Of a DNA stretch of 64,000 nucleotides, positions 25,401-35,796 are shown in pieces (positions within the stretch are counted from its first letter, which is position 1; each line of letters starts with the position of its first letter). The stretch is from Adineta vaga (lineage: Eukaryota > Animalia > Rotifera), in NCBI GenBank assembly GCA_021613535.1, contig CP075495.1, positions 15,376,001 through 15,440,000 of the forward strand. Reading direction: 5' to 3'. The position numbers and the translations under genes are program-made. Under the pieces are notes generated by a model. It worked only from the letters and a program-made list of their open reading frames with translations, was not told the origin of the DNA and ran no database searches.

Positions 25401-27227
25401 TTTGGAGAAGAACAACGACTCGATATATCCTCATCCCTCATTTCTTTGTACTCTTTAAATGTTACGTGTTCTCAGACAAGAAACTAGTTTCAATTCGATT
25501 TATTTAACCAATTGGAATATGTATGTTCGGGATCCTGGTACTGACCGGAGTGTTCCTATCTGTTTTAAGGAGGAGGGTGTGTGTGTGTAGAGTATTCTTT
25601 TTCTAGTCTTTGTTCTTTCTTTATAGGTTGCTTATTGATGTATATATAATATATTAGATGGAAGGTCATGTTTATCAGTTCAGTGTTTGTTTTCACTATA
25701 TATTTATACCAATACGTCAGCTCGAAACAAGCGAACACTATCAAATCTCACTTTTACGAAGATTATATTTTGTACAATATCATCTTCATGAATTGAGGAT
25801 TTCATTCCAAGTGTTGAAGAATATTTTATTAAATGTTTACTATTAGAACGTCTTTTGCAATCAACATTTCAATGTTCATATAATCAAGAATGTGTTCAAT
25901 ACATGTCATTTTTTATTAGTTTATTATTTCTACCAAAACTTTTAAAATCAACCTCAATCAAAACATTCAATAAATAATATAATTAACAATATTGCGAATG
26001 AATATTTATTGAATCTCAGTTAATAAATATTCCTTATGAAAATTTCTTTGATTAATGCAATCCAAATTATGTTCATATATTGAGAGTGAACAATATCACC
26101 TCTTTGATGCTATCATAGGATCACTTAGTTTTTATGATGGAATCAGTATTCTACTAAAATCTGTCGTTCCACTATAGATACATCTATCCTATAAATTAAG
26201 CAACAAATTTTGTCGAAAAAACCATCAAAGAACTTCCTGTTTAACTTTTCTTGATCGCTATGACAAAGTTGCTGTTATATTTCAACATACAAATGAAATC
26301 ATTGGGCTTTCATTGTTTTTAAGTGAAAATAGAGCAGTTTAGTGGCAACAATACAAGCAGTAACCGTCGTCTATATTGAATAGTTGTGAAGTTCTTTAGA
26401 CGATTCACTTGATTATTATCTGAATATTAGCCTACATGGCGACATGGTGCAAAAGCGAATGCGCATTCGTTCATGGATTTGCTCTCCTTCTTCATATTCT
26501 CAAGAAAATGAAGTGAGGCAAATCAAGTTTCATCTTTATAGCATTTTCTTTTGTTTCCATGAAGTTGGGACATCATTCAAAGATATTTCAGTGTTTTTCT
26601 CATTTGAAATTCACAAAACTTTACCACATGTGATCTAAATAAAAATAAAACATCCAATATAACACAACATCTTTCTGAAAGTCAAATGAAACTTTCAATT
26701 TATGAATATGTCCAAGGCAAAATTAAGTTTCAGGCAAAATTAAACCCAGTCAAAATTCATTTACAGATTGGCGCGAAATTAAAATTTTTTCGTTTAAATA
26801 ATATGTTTGCTGATATTTTCGTAATTTAAATTTGAGAAAGTATATGCAGATCAATATGAAATTACATGATTGTCACTGTCTCCATGCTCCCCTGATCGTA
26901 GATTAGTATTAATAGGGGAAAATATTGAAACCAACCACAACTCTAAGCAAAATGATTCATTATAATTGTAGATGATTTTTCACAGAAGGCCTAGGTCGAA
27001 ATTGAGTATTTCTAAACAACCAGAAAAACATGATCAATCCTCCTCCTCCTTTTTTGGTCGGAAAACTGAGTTTTAACGGGAACAAATATGTTGCAACACG
27101 CTGCAACTACAGAGATAGTAAATAGAAAAAAAATGAATAATTCCGAGAAAAAATTCAAGGTGAAATGAAATGCATCATCCTTGCTTCACTTTTTTTTCAG
27201 TCAAAGTGGTTCGGTCATACTAATTGT

Positions 27228-27357
27228 CAGAGATGAGCAAGTCAAGTCAATAGAAGTTAAAGTAGTTTTCGGAAAAAAATCGTTCAAATCGAGTCAAGTC
27301 AAGTCAAGTCAAGTCGAGACGAGGCGAGTCAAGTCCGATTTGACTTATCCGTCTCTG
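27228..27357. mobile_element. hAT-like MITE with internal (TCAAG)n repeats
   Basis: CAGAGATGAGCAAGTCAA ... TTGACTTATCCGTCTCTG termini; flanks CTAATTGT / CTAAATAT match 6/8, a degenerate 8-bp TSD. Confidence 0.65.
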
Positions 27358-27382
27358 CTAAATATGATTCATTAAACATCCA

Positions 27383-27572
27383 CCCATGTAAAAAAAGTTG
27401 CAAAAATCATGATTTTTATTAGAAATCCGATGAGAGATCGATTTAAATGGCACGATTTTAATTGATTTTTTCAATTTAATTGATTACTAAGCTATTTAAA
27501 TCGTGCCATTTAAATCGATTTCTCATCGGATTTCTAATAAAAATCATTATTTTTGCAACTTTTTTACATGGG
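27383..27572. mobile_element. Palindromic MITE with CCC termini and 2-bp TSD (CMC/EnSpm-like)
   Basis: CA|CCCATGTAAAAAAAGTTGCAAAAAT ... ATTTTTGCAACTTTTTTACATGGG|CA; ~76-bp near-perfect arms. Confidence 0.8.
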
Positions 27573-27610
27573 CAGCTAAATACTCTTTTAACTAAATTCA
27601 AATTGTATTT

Positions 27611-27778
27611 CGTACAACTTGCGAACTCTACATCTTCCTGAAACATCATTCAATTTTCATAGAGTACAACTTGCGAACTCTACATCTTTCTAAACTATAA
27701 TAGATTTTCAATCGTATACTACTTGCGAACTCTACATCTTCCTGAAACATCATTCAATTTTCAATAGAATACTACTTT
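27611..27778. repeat. Tandem repeat, ~52-53 bp unit x ~3
   Basis: ACTTGCGAACTCTACATCTT recurs at ~27617, 27669 and 27721; units 1 and 3 also share CCTGAAACATCATTCAATTTTCA. Confidence 0.8.
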
Positions 27779-28260
27779 ATGCTGAATTTTTCTAACTATA
27801 CTTGTAAATTCAGAACAAAACACGTTCAAACCAATCGAAACTATCGTAACTTAATTTCACTAACTTGTCATCCCTATCTACACTTACTAACAATTTCAAT
27901 CTGTAAGATTCGAGTTCAATTTTGCCTGACCCAAATATTTCCTTCGTAATTATGTCGTATGACATTTGAAAATGTATATGTACTTTTCTAGAACGTATTA
28001 TAATTAATCAGTCTTTCTATAATCTATCGTTTTTGTTGGAACATAATTTCGATACATGTAGTGTGAATCAATCTATTCAATTACTCGTATATAGTTTTAA
28101 CAAATGAAGTTTAACAAATTCTTTTCCATTCCTTCTATTACCCGTATCATATGTATAGTATGAATCATTTCAACTATAGTAGGGACATTACATGTATATA
28201 TCGCTTGTTTAACAAAGTAAACGAACCTCGTCATTCATATCAAATAAAATATCAGTCGAC

Positions 28261-29901
28261 ATGACTTTTGAATTAATGCCAAACGAAACATTAATTGAAT
28301 GCTTTCAATATCTAAATGGAGTAGATATATTTTATTCTTTCGACCAATTAAATAATCGTTTTTCAAAGCTTATTAGAAGTATTCCCTTACATCTAAACTT
28401 TTACCAGTTAAAAAAGTCATTGTACCATCAGTTTTGTCAATCAATGATATCAAATCCAAAAATGAAACAAAAGATAGTGTCTTTACAATTATCTAATGAA
28501 TATACAAATGGTCAAATTAGTTTTTTATTGTCATTGTTCTCATTGAATGAATTTACTCATCTTCGATCGTTAAAATTATTTAACTTACATGATGATAATG
28601 TTCAACGGATATTACCTATGTTACCATGTTTATTCAATCTTCATTCCTTTTCATACACATGTCAAGAAAATGGTAGTTTACAGATGATGGATGTTATTCC
28701 CAAATTAAATACTCGAATATTATCAATATCCGAATTTAATATTCTCTCACGAGTTACTCGTAAAACAATGTTACATATTATATCATTGAATATCAACCAA
28801 TGTGTTGTTGAAGATTTATTTCATCTATTTCAATGTACAATGATATTGAAATACTTAAGAATTCAATATTTTCATCATGATGATGCTCCAGATAATATGA
28901 TTTTGATTAACATGTCTAGTCTAAATCATTTTATTATTAATGATTTTCAAATCAAAGACTTTGAAACTATTGAATTTCTTCTTACTAAAATGTCAAATTT
29001 AACATTTCTCTCTATATCATCATCTCAATGTCAAATGATCAATGCATTTCGTTGGCAAAATCTCATCACAAATTCACTTAATCATCTACATACATTTCGA
29101 TTTTGTTTTGATTATGTTGATAATAATCGTCAAAAGATGAATGAAATCATTAGAGAATGTCAAGCATTCCAAACAACATTCTGGTATGAACATCATTGTT
29201 TTACAAACTATGAAATCGATGAATTTAGATTACTCGTTTTTACAACACCATATATTCGGAAACAATATGAATTATTTCCAGTGACACGAAAATTCATTTA
29301 TGAATTTAATCATACAAGTCTTTTTGACAATGTAACACATTTAATTTTACATAAAGATTCAATTCAAACAAGATTTCATTACTTTCCAAATGTTACATCA
29401 TTAACATTCAAAAGTTCATATTATTGTCCATTAAGTACTGATGATTTAATTGAAAATTTGTATGAAATTATAAATCCATCGAATATTAAACATTTAACAA
29501 TTGAAGGTGGATACGATACATCAATCGAAAAAATAATCAACCAGCTCACAAATATGAATTCGTTAACAACTAGAAAAACCATTTTATTGTCGTTATTGGA
29601 GAATCAAAAATTATGGGAAACACTCAATAAAAAAATTATTAATTTAAACATATCTGATGGTTATTTATTTACTGACAACGATGTTGAACATGGTTTTTTA
29701 AATTCAATCCATATGATATTTTCAAATATTGAACGACTAGAATGTGACTTAACAGATGTTGATGTATTGATATTCTTCTTAACAAGTTGTTCTAAATTAT
29801 CAATGATCAGTTTAGGATATATTAGCCGTGAAATTCATTCATGGATTGAATCAAATGCATCAAGTTTTGATATTTATTTTGATTTCAAATGGATTAAATG
29901 A
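28261..29901 (+). CDS. F-box protein with LRR-like region, intronless (546 aa)
   Basis: MTFELMPNETLIECFQYLNGVDIFYSFDQLNNRFSKLIR F-box, followed by LxxLxL repeats. Confidence 0.88.
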   Translation: MTFELMPNETLIECFQYLNGVDIFYSFDQLNNRFSKLIRSIPLHLNFYQLKKSLYHQFCQSMISNPKMKQKIVSLQLSNEYTNGQISFLLSLFSLNEFTHLRSLKLFNLHDDNVQRILPMLPCLFNLHSFSYTCQENGSLQMMDVIPKLNTRILSISEFNILSRVTRKTMLHIISLNINQCVVEDLFHLFQCTMILKYLRIQYFHHDDAPDNMILINMSSLNHFIINDFQIKDFETIEFLLTKMSNLTFLSISSSQCQMINAFRWQNLITNSLNHLHTFRFCFDYVDNNRQKMNEIIRECQAFQTTFWYEHHCFTNYEIDEFRLLVFTTPYIRKQYELFPVTRKFIYEFNHTSLFDNVTHLILHKDSIQTRFHYFPNVTSLTFKSSYYCPLSTDDLIENLYEIINPSNIKHLTIEGGYDTSIEKIINQLTNMNSLTTRKTILLSLLENQKLWETLNKKIINLNISDGYLFTDNDVEHGFLNSIHMIFSNIERLECDLTDVDVLIFFLTSCSKLSMISLGYISREIHSWIESNASSFDIYFDFKWIK

Positions 29902-31632
29902 AGTCTTTGGTGATTGGGTGAATCCTTTGAGGATCTCAAATAAATTTATATGACTAGAAAACTTAACATAGTATGATATGAAATCAATCTTTTTTTTAAA
30001 CAAAATATACTTTCAATTAGTATTTCTCATAAACTAATGATTTTCGTCTGTAATTTTTGTGATTCATATAAAAATAAATTTCATAATTATATTCTATTGA
30101 AAACGAAATAAAAGATGAAATCAATGAAAAAACAATGTAACCAAAGATAGCTTTCTCAGATTCTTTTCTCGATTGTAGTTTGCATTATATCGAGATCATT
30201 TGATAGAATCAAAGTGGAAGTTATACTTGAATGAATGATCTATTTAGATTCATTACAACTTTCCAAGACTCGTCATGAGTAGATTTTATGTTCCATTCTT
30301 CGAATCTAGACCATTGTCTTTCTATCAGATATGTCTATATGATGGCACGCCAGTTTTTGTTTTGAGGAACAATAAGAAAATACATGGTTTCAAGTGTGAT
30401 ACTATACAACTCGATAAATCTAATAGATTAGTAGTAATTACGTTGTAGTCGAATAATTCTCTTTATAAAAGTCATAAGATTTTTTAAATTTTATTGTCCT
30501 TCTTCTTTACTTTTTCTTTTTTGTCAAATATGATTGAATCGATATGAAAACTGTCATAGAAATTGATATAGTAAAGACAAAAAAACCATGAGCATTTATT
30601 TTGAGTATTAACAAAAAAAAATTAATAAAGCAAGTCTATGATTAGATCAAGTTCAGATGATATTGGTCTTGTCAAGCGATTCTTGTCATTCAACAATTTA
30701 AAATCAAGATGAATATCGAAATTTGATGCATTTGATTTAATCCATGAATAGATTTCATAGCTAATGTATCCTAAATTGATCATTGATAACTTTGGATATC
30801 TTTCTAATAACAATAACAATTCATCAACTTTTTCAATATCATATTCAGATCGTTTACATCTTAATGAAGGTTTTGAATATAATGAATGAAATGTCTTTTC
30901 ATTAATACAATGATTAATAGAAATGTTCAGTTTTCGAAGCTTTGTATTCAATAATTCATGCGATTTACAATCATGTAATAAAATATATTTGTCAGTTGTT
31001 AACGAATTCATATTTGTGAGCTGGTTGATTATTTTTTCGATTGATGTATCGTATCCACCTTCAATTGTTAAATGTTTAATATTCGATGGATTTATAATTT
31101 CATACAAATTTTCAATCAAATCATCAGTACTTAATGGACAATAATATGAACTTTTGAATGTTAATGATGTAACATTTGGAAAGTAATGAAATCTTGTTTG
31201 AATTGAATCTTTATGTAAAATTAAATGTGTTACATTGTCAAAAAGACTTGTATGATTAAATTCATAAATGAATTTTCGTGTCACTGGAAATAATTCATAT
31301 TGTTTCCGAATATATGGTGTTGTAAAAACGAGTAATCTAAATTCATCGATTTCATAGTTTGTAAAACAATGATGTTCATACCAGAATGTTGTTTGGAATG
31401 CTTGACATTCTCTAATGATTTCATTCATGTTTTGACGATTATTATCAACATAATCAAAACAAAATCGAAATGTATGTAGATGATTAAGTGAATTTGTGAT
31501 GAGATTTTGCCAACGAAATGCATTGATCATTTGACATTGAGATGATGATATAGAGAGAAATGTTAAATTTGACATTTTAGTAAGAAGAAATTCAATAGTT
31601 TCAAAGTCTTTGATTTGAAAATCATTAATAAT
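28933..31632. repeat. 639-bp inverted repeat inside the two F-box ORFs (28933-29571 vs 31632-30994)
   Basis: Arms match with two differences seen (AAG/AAC giving QKM/QNM, and a silent TTA/TTG); flanking coding sequence is strongly diverged. Confidence 0.9.
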
Positions 31633-31986
31633 CAATTTTTCAATATGAGTATCACGTAGATTGAATTGATCAACTGCAACAGTATAATTAAATAGATGCT
31701 CGACTTTAATATATTTTAACATTGGAAAACATTGAAATATTTGAATTATTACTTCCAATTCACAGTTAATAATACTTAATGATTGAATTAACATTTGTTC
31801 ATACATATTAAATAAATGTTGATGGAATTGTGAACAAGAAATATGTAATGAAATATTTCGAATAAGTTTAGAAAAACGATAATTTAATTGATCAAACGAA
31901 TAAACAATATCTGTTGCATTAAGATATTTGAAGCATTTCATGAAAATTTCATTTGGTAGAAATTCTAATTTCATTGCGATAGACAT
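30622..31986 (-). CDS. F-box protein with LRR-like region, intronless (454 aa), convergent paralog
   Basis: MKLEFLPNEIFMKCFKYLNATDIVYSFDQLNYRFSKLIR F-box; ~213 central residues almost identical to the 28261 gene. Confidence 0.88.
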   Translation of the reverse strand: MSIAMKLEFLPNEIFMKCFKYLNATDIVYSFDQLNYRFSKLIRNISLHISCSQFHQHLFNMYEQMLIQSLSIINCELEVIIQIFQCFPMLKYIKVEHLFNYTVAVDQFNLRDTHIEKLIINDFQIKDFETIEFLLTKMSNLTFLSISSSQCQMINAFRWQNLITNSLNHLHTFRFCFDYVDNNRQNMNEIIRECQAFQTTFWYEHHCFTNYEIDEFRLLVFTTPYIRKQYELFPVTRKFIYEFNHTSLFDNVTHLILHKDSIQTRFHYFPNVTSLTFKSSYYCPLSTDDLIENLYEIINPSNIKHLTIEGGYDTSIEKIINQLTNMNSLTTDKYILLHDCKSHELLNTKLRKLNISINHCINEKTFHSLYSKPSLRCKRSEYDIEKVDELLLLLERYPKLSMINLGYISYEIYSWIKSNASNFDIHLDFKLLNDKNRLTRPISSELDLIIDLLY

Positions 31987-32792
31987 CTTATTTGAAATGA
32001 GAAGTGAATGATTATTGTCGTATATGATTTATATATATATGTATACATGTTTTTTATCAAAAGTATGTCCGCTGACGAAGCTGAAATATTCACATAAAAA
32101 TTAGACGATTATTTTGTAGATAAAATTGAAATATTTAGCATAATGAACAGCTTTTCCTGACAGTAGTGTATAATAAATTGAACAGGATGAGGGTGTTTTT
32201 ATTAGGAGAGTTCTAATATTGTTATGATGTCGATTCCTTGGAAAATAAACTGCTATAATTTCATACACTTTACTGTGTGAAGTCGTTTGATTTCTATAGA
32301 CACTTGCCTCTCATGGAGATTTCAATGAATATCTATCGTGTTCTTTATTTACAATTATTTAACTTGAATGTGTAATACTTTTTTTCAAACATTGTTAATA
32401 AACTTTGACTGTAATAAAGAATTTAATAAAATCAATATGTGTAACAAAAGTTTTTTCTCAATATCTTACTACGATCATCCTACGACTACCAAATATAGAA
32501 GTTATTAATGATTCTATAAAAATGAATCAATCCGAGAATATTTTATCTAATTACATCATTTACTAATAAATTTCATTCGAGTAAAATCATTACAACTTTT
32601 CTACAATATCTTAAGAGCAGAATGCAATATCTATTTCCGAATTATAAGTATAAGAAAAGTCTTCATTTAAATGCAGATTTTTATATCATATATGTTTATT
32701 GGAACTGTTCCTCATCATAAAAAACGAATGTTGTGGAAAAAAGGGACTAGAGAAGGGAAAGTCTTTGAAAACAATCGTTTGAAATTGATCTT

Positions 32793-33553
32793 TCACAGTT
32801 TTGAAGCAGCATCTTTATCCAAATACCAAATAAGATCATTAACTTGACCAATGGGATATTTTGTACTTTTATCATTTAGAACTTCTTTAACAATTGTTGA
32901 TTTACTTTCACCAGTAACAACAACAATTTTATATTTTGATTTATTTATTGTATTTAATGTTAATGTTACACGTTCAGGTGGTGGTTTAGGTGAATCTTTA
33001 ACAAATGTGACTAAACCTTGATTAACATTCAAAGCAGAATGATTAGGAAAAAGACTTGCTGTATGTCCATCTGGTCCCATTCCAAGTAAAACAATATCAA
33101 ATGTCTGAAAGAAAAGAAAATTGAAATTTACTTTTTGAAAGAAAAAACAAAACAAACTTGATCATTTTCATCCAATATTTCATTTAATTTATTTTCATAA
33201 TCTTGTGCACATTGTTCAACAGATTTTAAATCTGGATCAATTTGAATAACATTTTTTTCTGTTATTGGTAATTTTTTAAATAATTTTGTTTGATAATTTG
33301 AATAAGTTGAATCATCCGATGTAAATGAAACAAATCTTTCATCAACAAAAAAAAATCGAAGATGAGCCCAAGGTAATTGTAAACGTGGAAGAATTGTTAC
33401 TAGTATATCAATTAATGATCCACCTGATAAACCAATTGTTATTAATTGTTTTTCTTTGATTAATTTTAAAACAATTTCTTCAAGTTGATAACCAAGTTTT
33501 TCAGATAAAATTTCATTATCATCAATGATATTAATATTTGATAATGATGACAT
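32793..33553 (-). CDS. PGLS: 6-phosphogluconolactonase, copy 3 (exons 33553-33158, 33104-32793)
   Basis: Same motifs as copies 1 and 2; 53-bp intron. Confidence 0.95.
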
Positions 33554-33644
33554 TTCTTTTTCTAAAAGAAAAGCATTTGAAATATAAAAGAAGAATGTCT
33601 TGTCAATAGATTTATTTTCTCATAAATAAAAGAAGAAAAGAATG

Positions 33645-34670
33645 TTAGTTTTGGACATTTTCAAAAAGAATCGATCTTAATTTTTGATAACAATCTAATC
33701 TTAATTTTGCATAATTAATATAATCAAAATCCAATAATGAAACATGTGATTGAACTAAAGCCCAAAGTCCCCACATTAAATGTGAAAGTGCAGAAAATTG
33801 ATTAACTAAATGACATAATTTATCATCAATAATTTCTTTATCAAATCCACGAATTTCAAAATAAATTTTTAACCAATATTTTTGTTCATCATTTGTTGGA
33901 TATAAATTAAAATCAGCATTATCAACACCAGCATATTCAACAAAATGATTTGCAATATCAAATAAAGCATAATTAATATGTGTATATTCAAAATCAATAA
34001 ATGAAATTTTATCAGATTTTTCATCATAAATTATATTTTTAACTAATAAATCATTATGACAAAGAACAAGATCTTTATTTAATTGTGGATTTGGTATTAA
34101 TTGAGGAAGAATTATTGTTTCAATTATATCAATATCAGATATCAATTGGGAAATATCTTTTATATGATTTTCTTCAATTAAATTAATAAATTTTCGTATT
34201 AATGTAATAACAAATGGTTTTTCATTTTGTTCTTTTAAAGGAATATTATGAAATTGTGCTAATTTAATTGCAATTAATTTTGAAATATTTTCTTTTCGTA
34301 CATCTTCTCTTGAACATGCTTTACCTGGTGCAAATTCATAAATAATTCCATTTTGAAATTGTATTAAAACACGTTGAGATAAAACTTTATTTTCCGATAA
34401 TTGAGTCATTGCATTTAATTCAGCATGACGATCAATAAATAATTCTGTATGTTCACCAAATAATTTAATAACTAATGCATCAGATTCATCATCAAGTGTT
34501 CGAGTATTAAAAAGACCTAAGATAGAATTTGTTATACCTTCAGTAAATGTTATTAAACGTGTATTTGAAGAATTCCAATCAGGTCGAATAATTGAGATTA
34601 ATTCATAGATTTCTTCAGAAATATTGGTTAAAGATAAACTTTTATCTTTAATAATTGGTTGAGAATTCAT
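33645..34670 (-). CDS. ETNK1: Ethanolamine kinase, copy 3
   Basis: 341-aa ORF with CHNDLL and FIDFEY motifs. Confidence 0.92.
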   Translation of the reverse strand: MNSQPIIKDKSLSLTNISEEIYELISIIRPDWNSSNTRLITFTEGITNSILGLFNTRTLDDESDALVIKLFGEHTELFIDRHAELNAMTQLSENKVLSQRVLIQFQNGIIYEFAPGKACSREDVRKENISKLIAIKLAQFHNIPLKEQNEKPFVITLIRKFINLIEENHIKDISQLISDIDIIETIILPQLIPNPQLNKDLVLCHNDLLVKNIIYDEKSDKISFIDFEYTHINYALFDIANHFVEYAGVDNADFNLYPTNDEQKYWLKIYFEIRGFDKEIIDDKLCHLVNQFSALSHLMWGLWALVQSHVSLLDFDYINYAKLRLDCYQKLRSILFENVQN

Positions 34671-34947
34671 CTTGAAATAAACAATTCTTTTTATTATTAT
34701 TATATATATTTTTCTTTCTTTTGTTTATTATCCTACACTTGATATTTCTATAGAAAATGATTAATCGAACTACTTACGTGTTTTGTAAATATTTTTCATG
34801 TGATATTACTCATCTATTCAAACCGTTCTCGATCTGGTTGAAAGAGTGTTTCTACTATAGATAAACTAACGAACCAATCGAAGAATGAATTAAATAGAAA
34901 CATAGAGAAATATTCTTGTGAATATTAATAAGTTTTTATTGTCAATG

Positions 34948-35796
34948 TTATTTAACAGCAAGAACAAAAATTCTTATTGGAAGAAGTTCACGAACAACTT
35001 GTTTTAATTTTGATCGTTGATCTTTAATAACAGTAAAACCAGCTCGATGAGCAATATCATAAAATTGTTCACCAGTACGAACATAATATTGATCATCAGG
35101 ATCAAATTCTGGTTCGTGACCATTTGCAACAGAATTATCTTTTATCACAATTAAACCATCCTTTTTTAATGTTAATTTTAATTTTCTTAAAAGTTTAACA
35201 AGATCATCACCATCTAAATAACCTAAAACCCCTGAAAAAAAAACAAGGCAAAAGAATTTTATCATTTCGAAAATATCAAATTGAAATTTTACATTGTGCC
35301 CAAATCATATCATATTTCGGAAAATTTTCTAATTGAAGATCACCAATTGAACCAACAAATGCTTTACCAATTTTATCATTTTCTCCATTTTCATCAAATA
35401 AAGTTCGTGTTTGTTGACAATAATCATCTAATAAATCATTAATGTCAATATGATCAAAATAACGAGATAAGAGAGATTTTGTTACGCGACCAATTCCACA
35501 ACCTAGTTCAAGACAATATGATGTACCTAATTTTCCATTTGATTGCTAAAAAAAACAATAGAAATAAAGGGATGTTATTTGTGTCGATAAAGACAAACTT
35601 TAATTAATGTTTGAATTAATTGATTGGATTCTTGAATATCTGGATCATGAACTTGTGTATATCCACCTAACATTGTATCAAAAGTGTTTGGTTTTGATGA
35701 ATAATAATCTCGTGTTATTGTTTGTCTTTCTTGAACATCTTCAAGTTCACCTTCCATACGTTGTGGTATTTCTGAAGTTGCTTTCTTTTTCGACAT
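34948..35796 (-). CDS. NTMT1: NTMT1/METTL11-family alpha-N-methyltransferase, copy 3 (exons 35796-35599, 35545-35293, 35231-34948)
   Basis: Spliced frame is intact: DTMLGGY, LELGCGIGRVTKSLL, IWAQWVLGYL, IVIKDN. Confidence 0.85.

Noticed and set aside
27611-27778. CRISPR-like array (20-bp core repeated at ~52-bp period)
   Set aside because: The intervening segments resemble each other (units 1 and 3 nearly identical), there are only three units, no cas genes, and the context is eukaryotic: a minisatellite.
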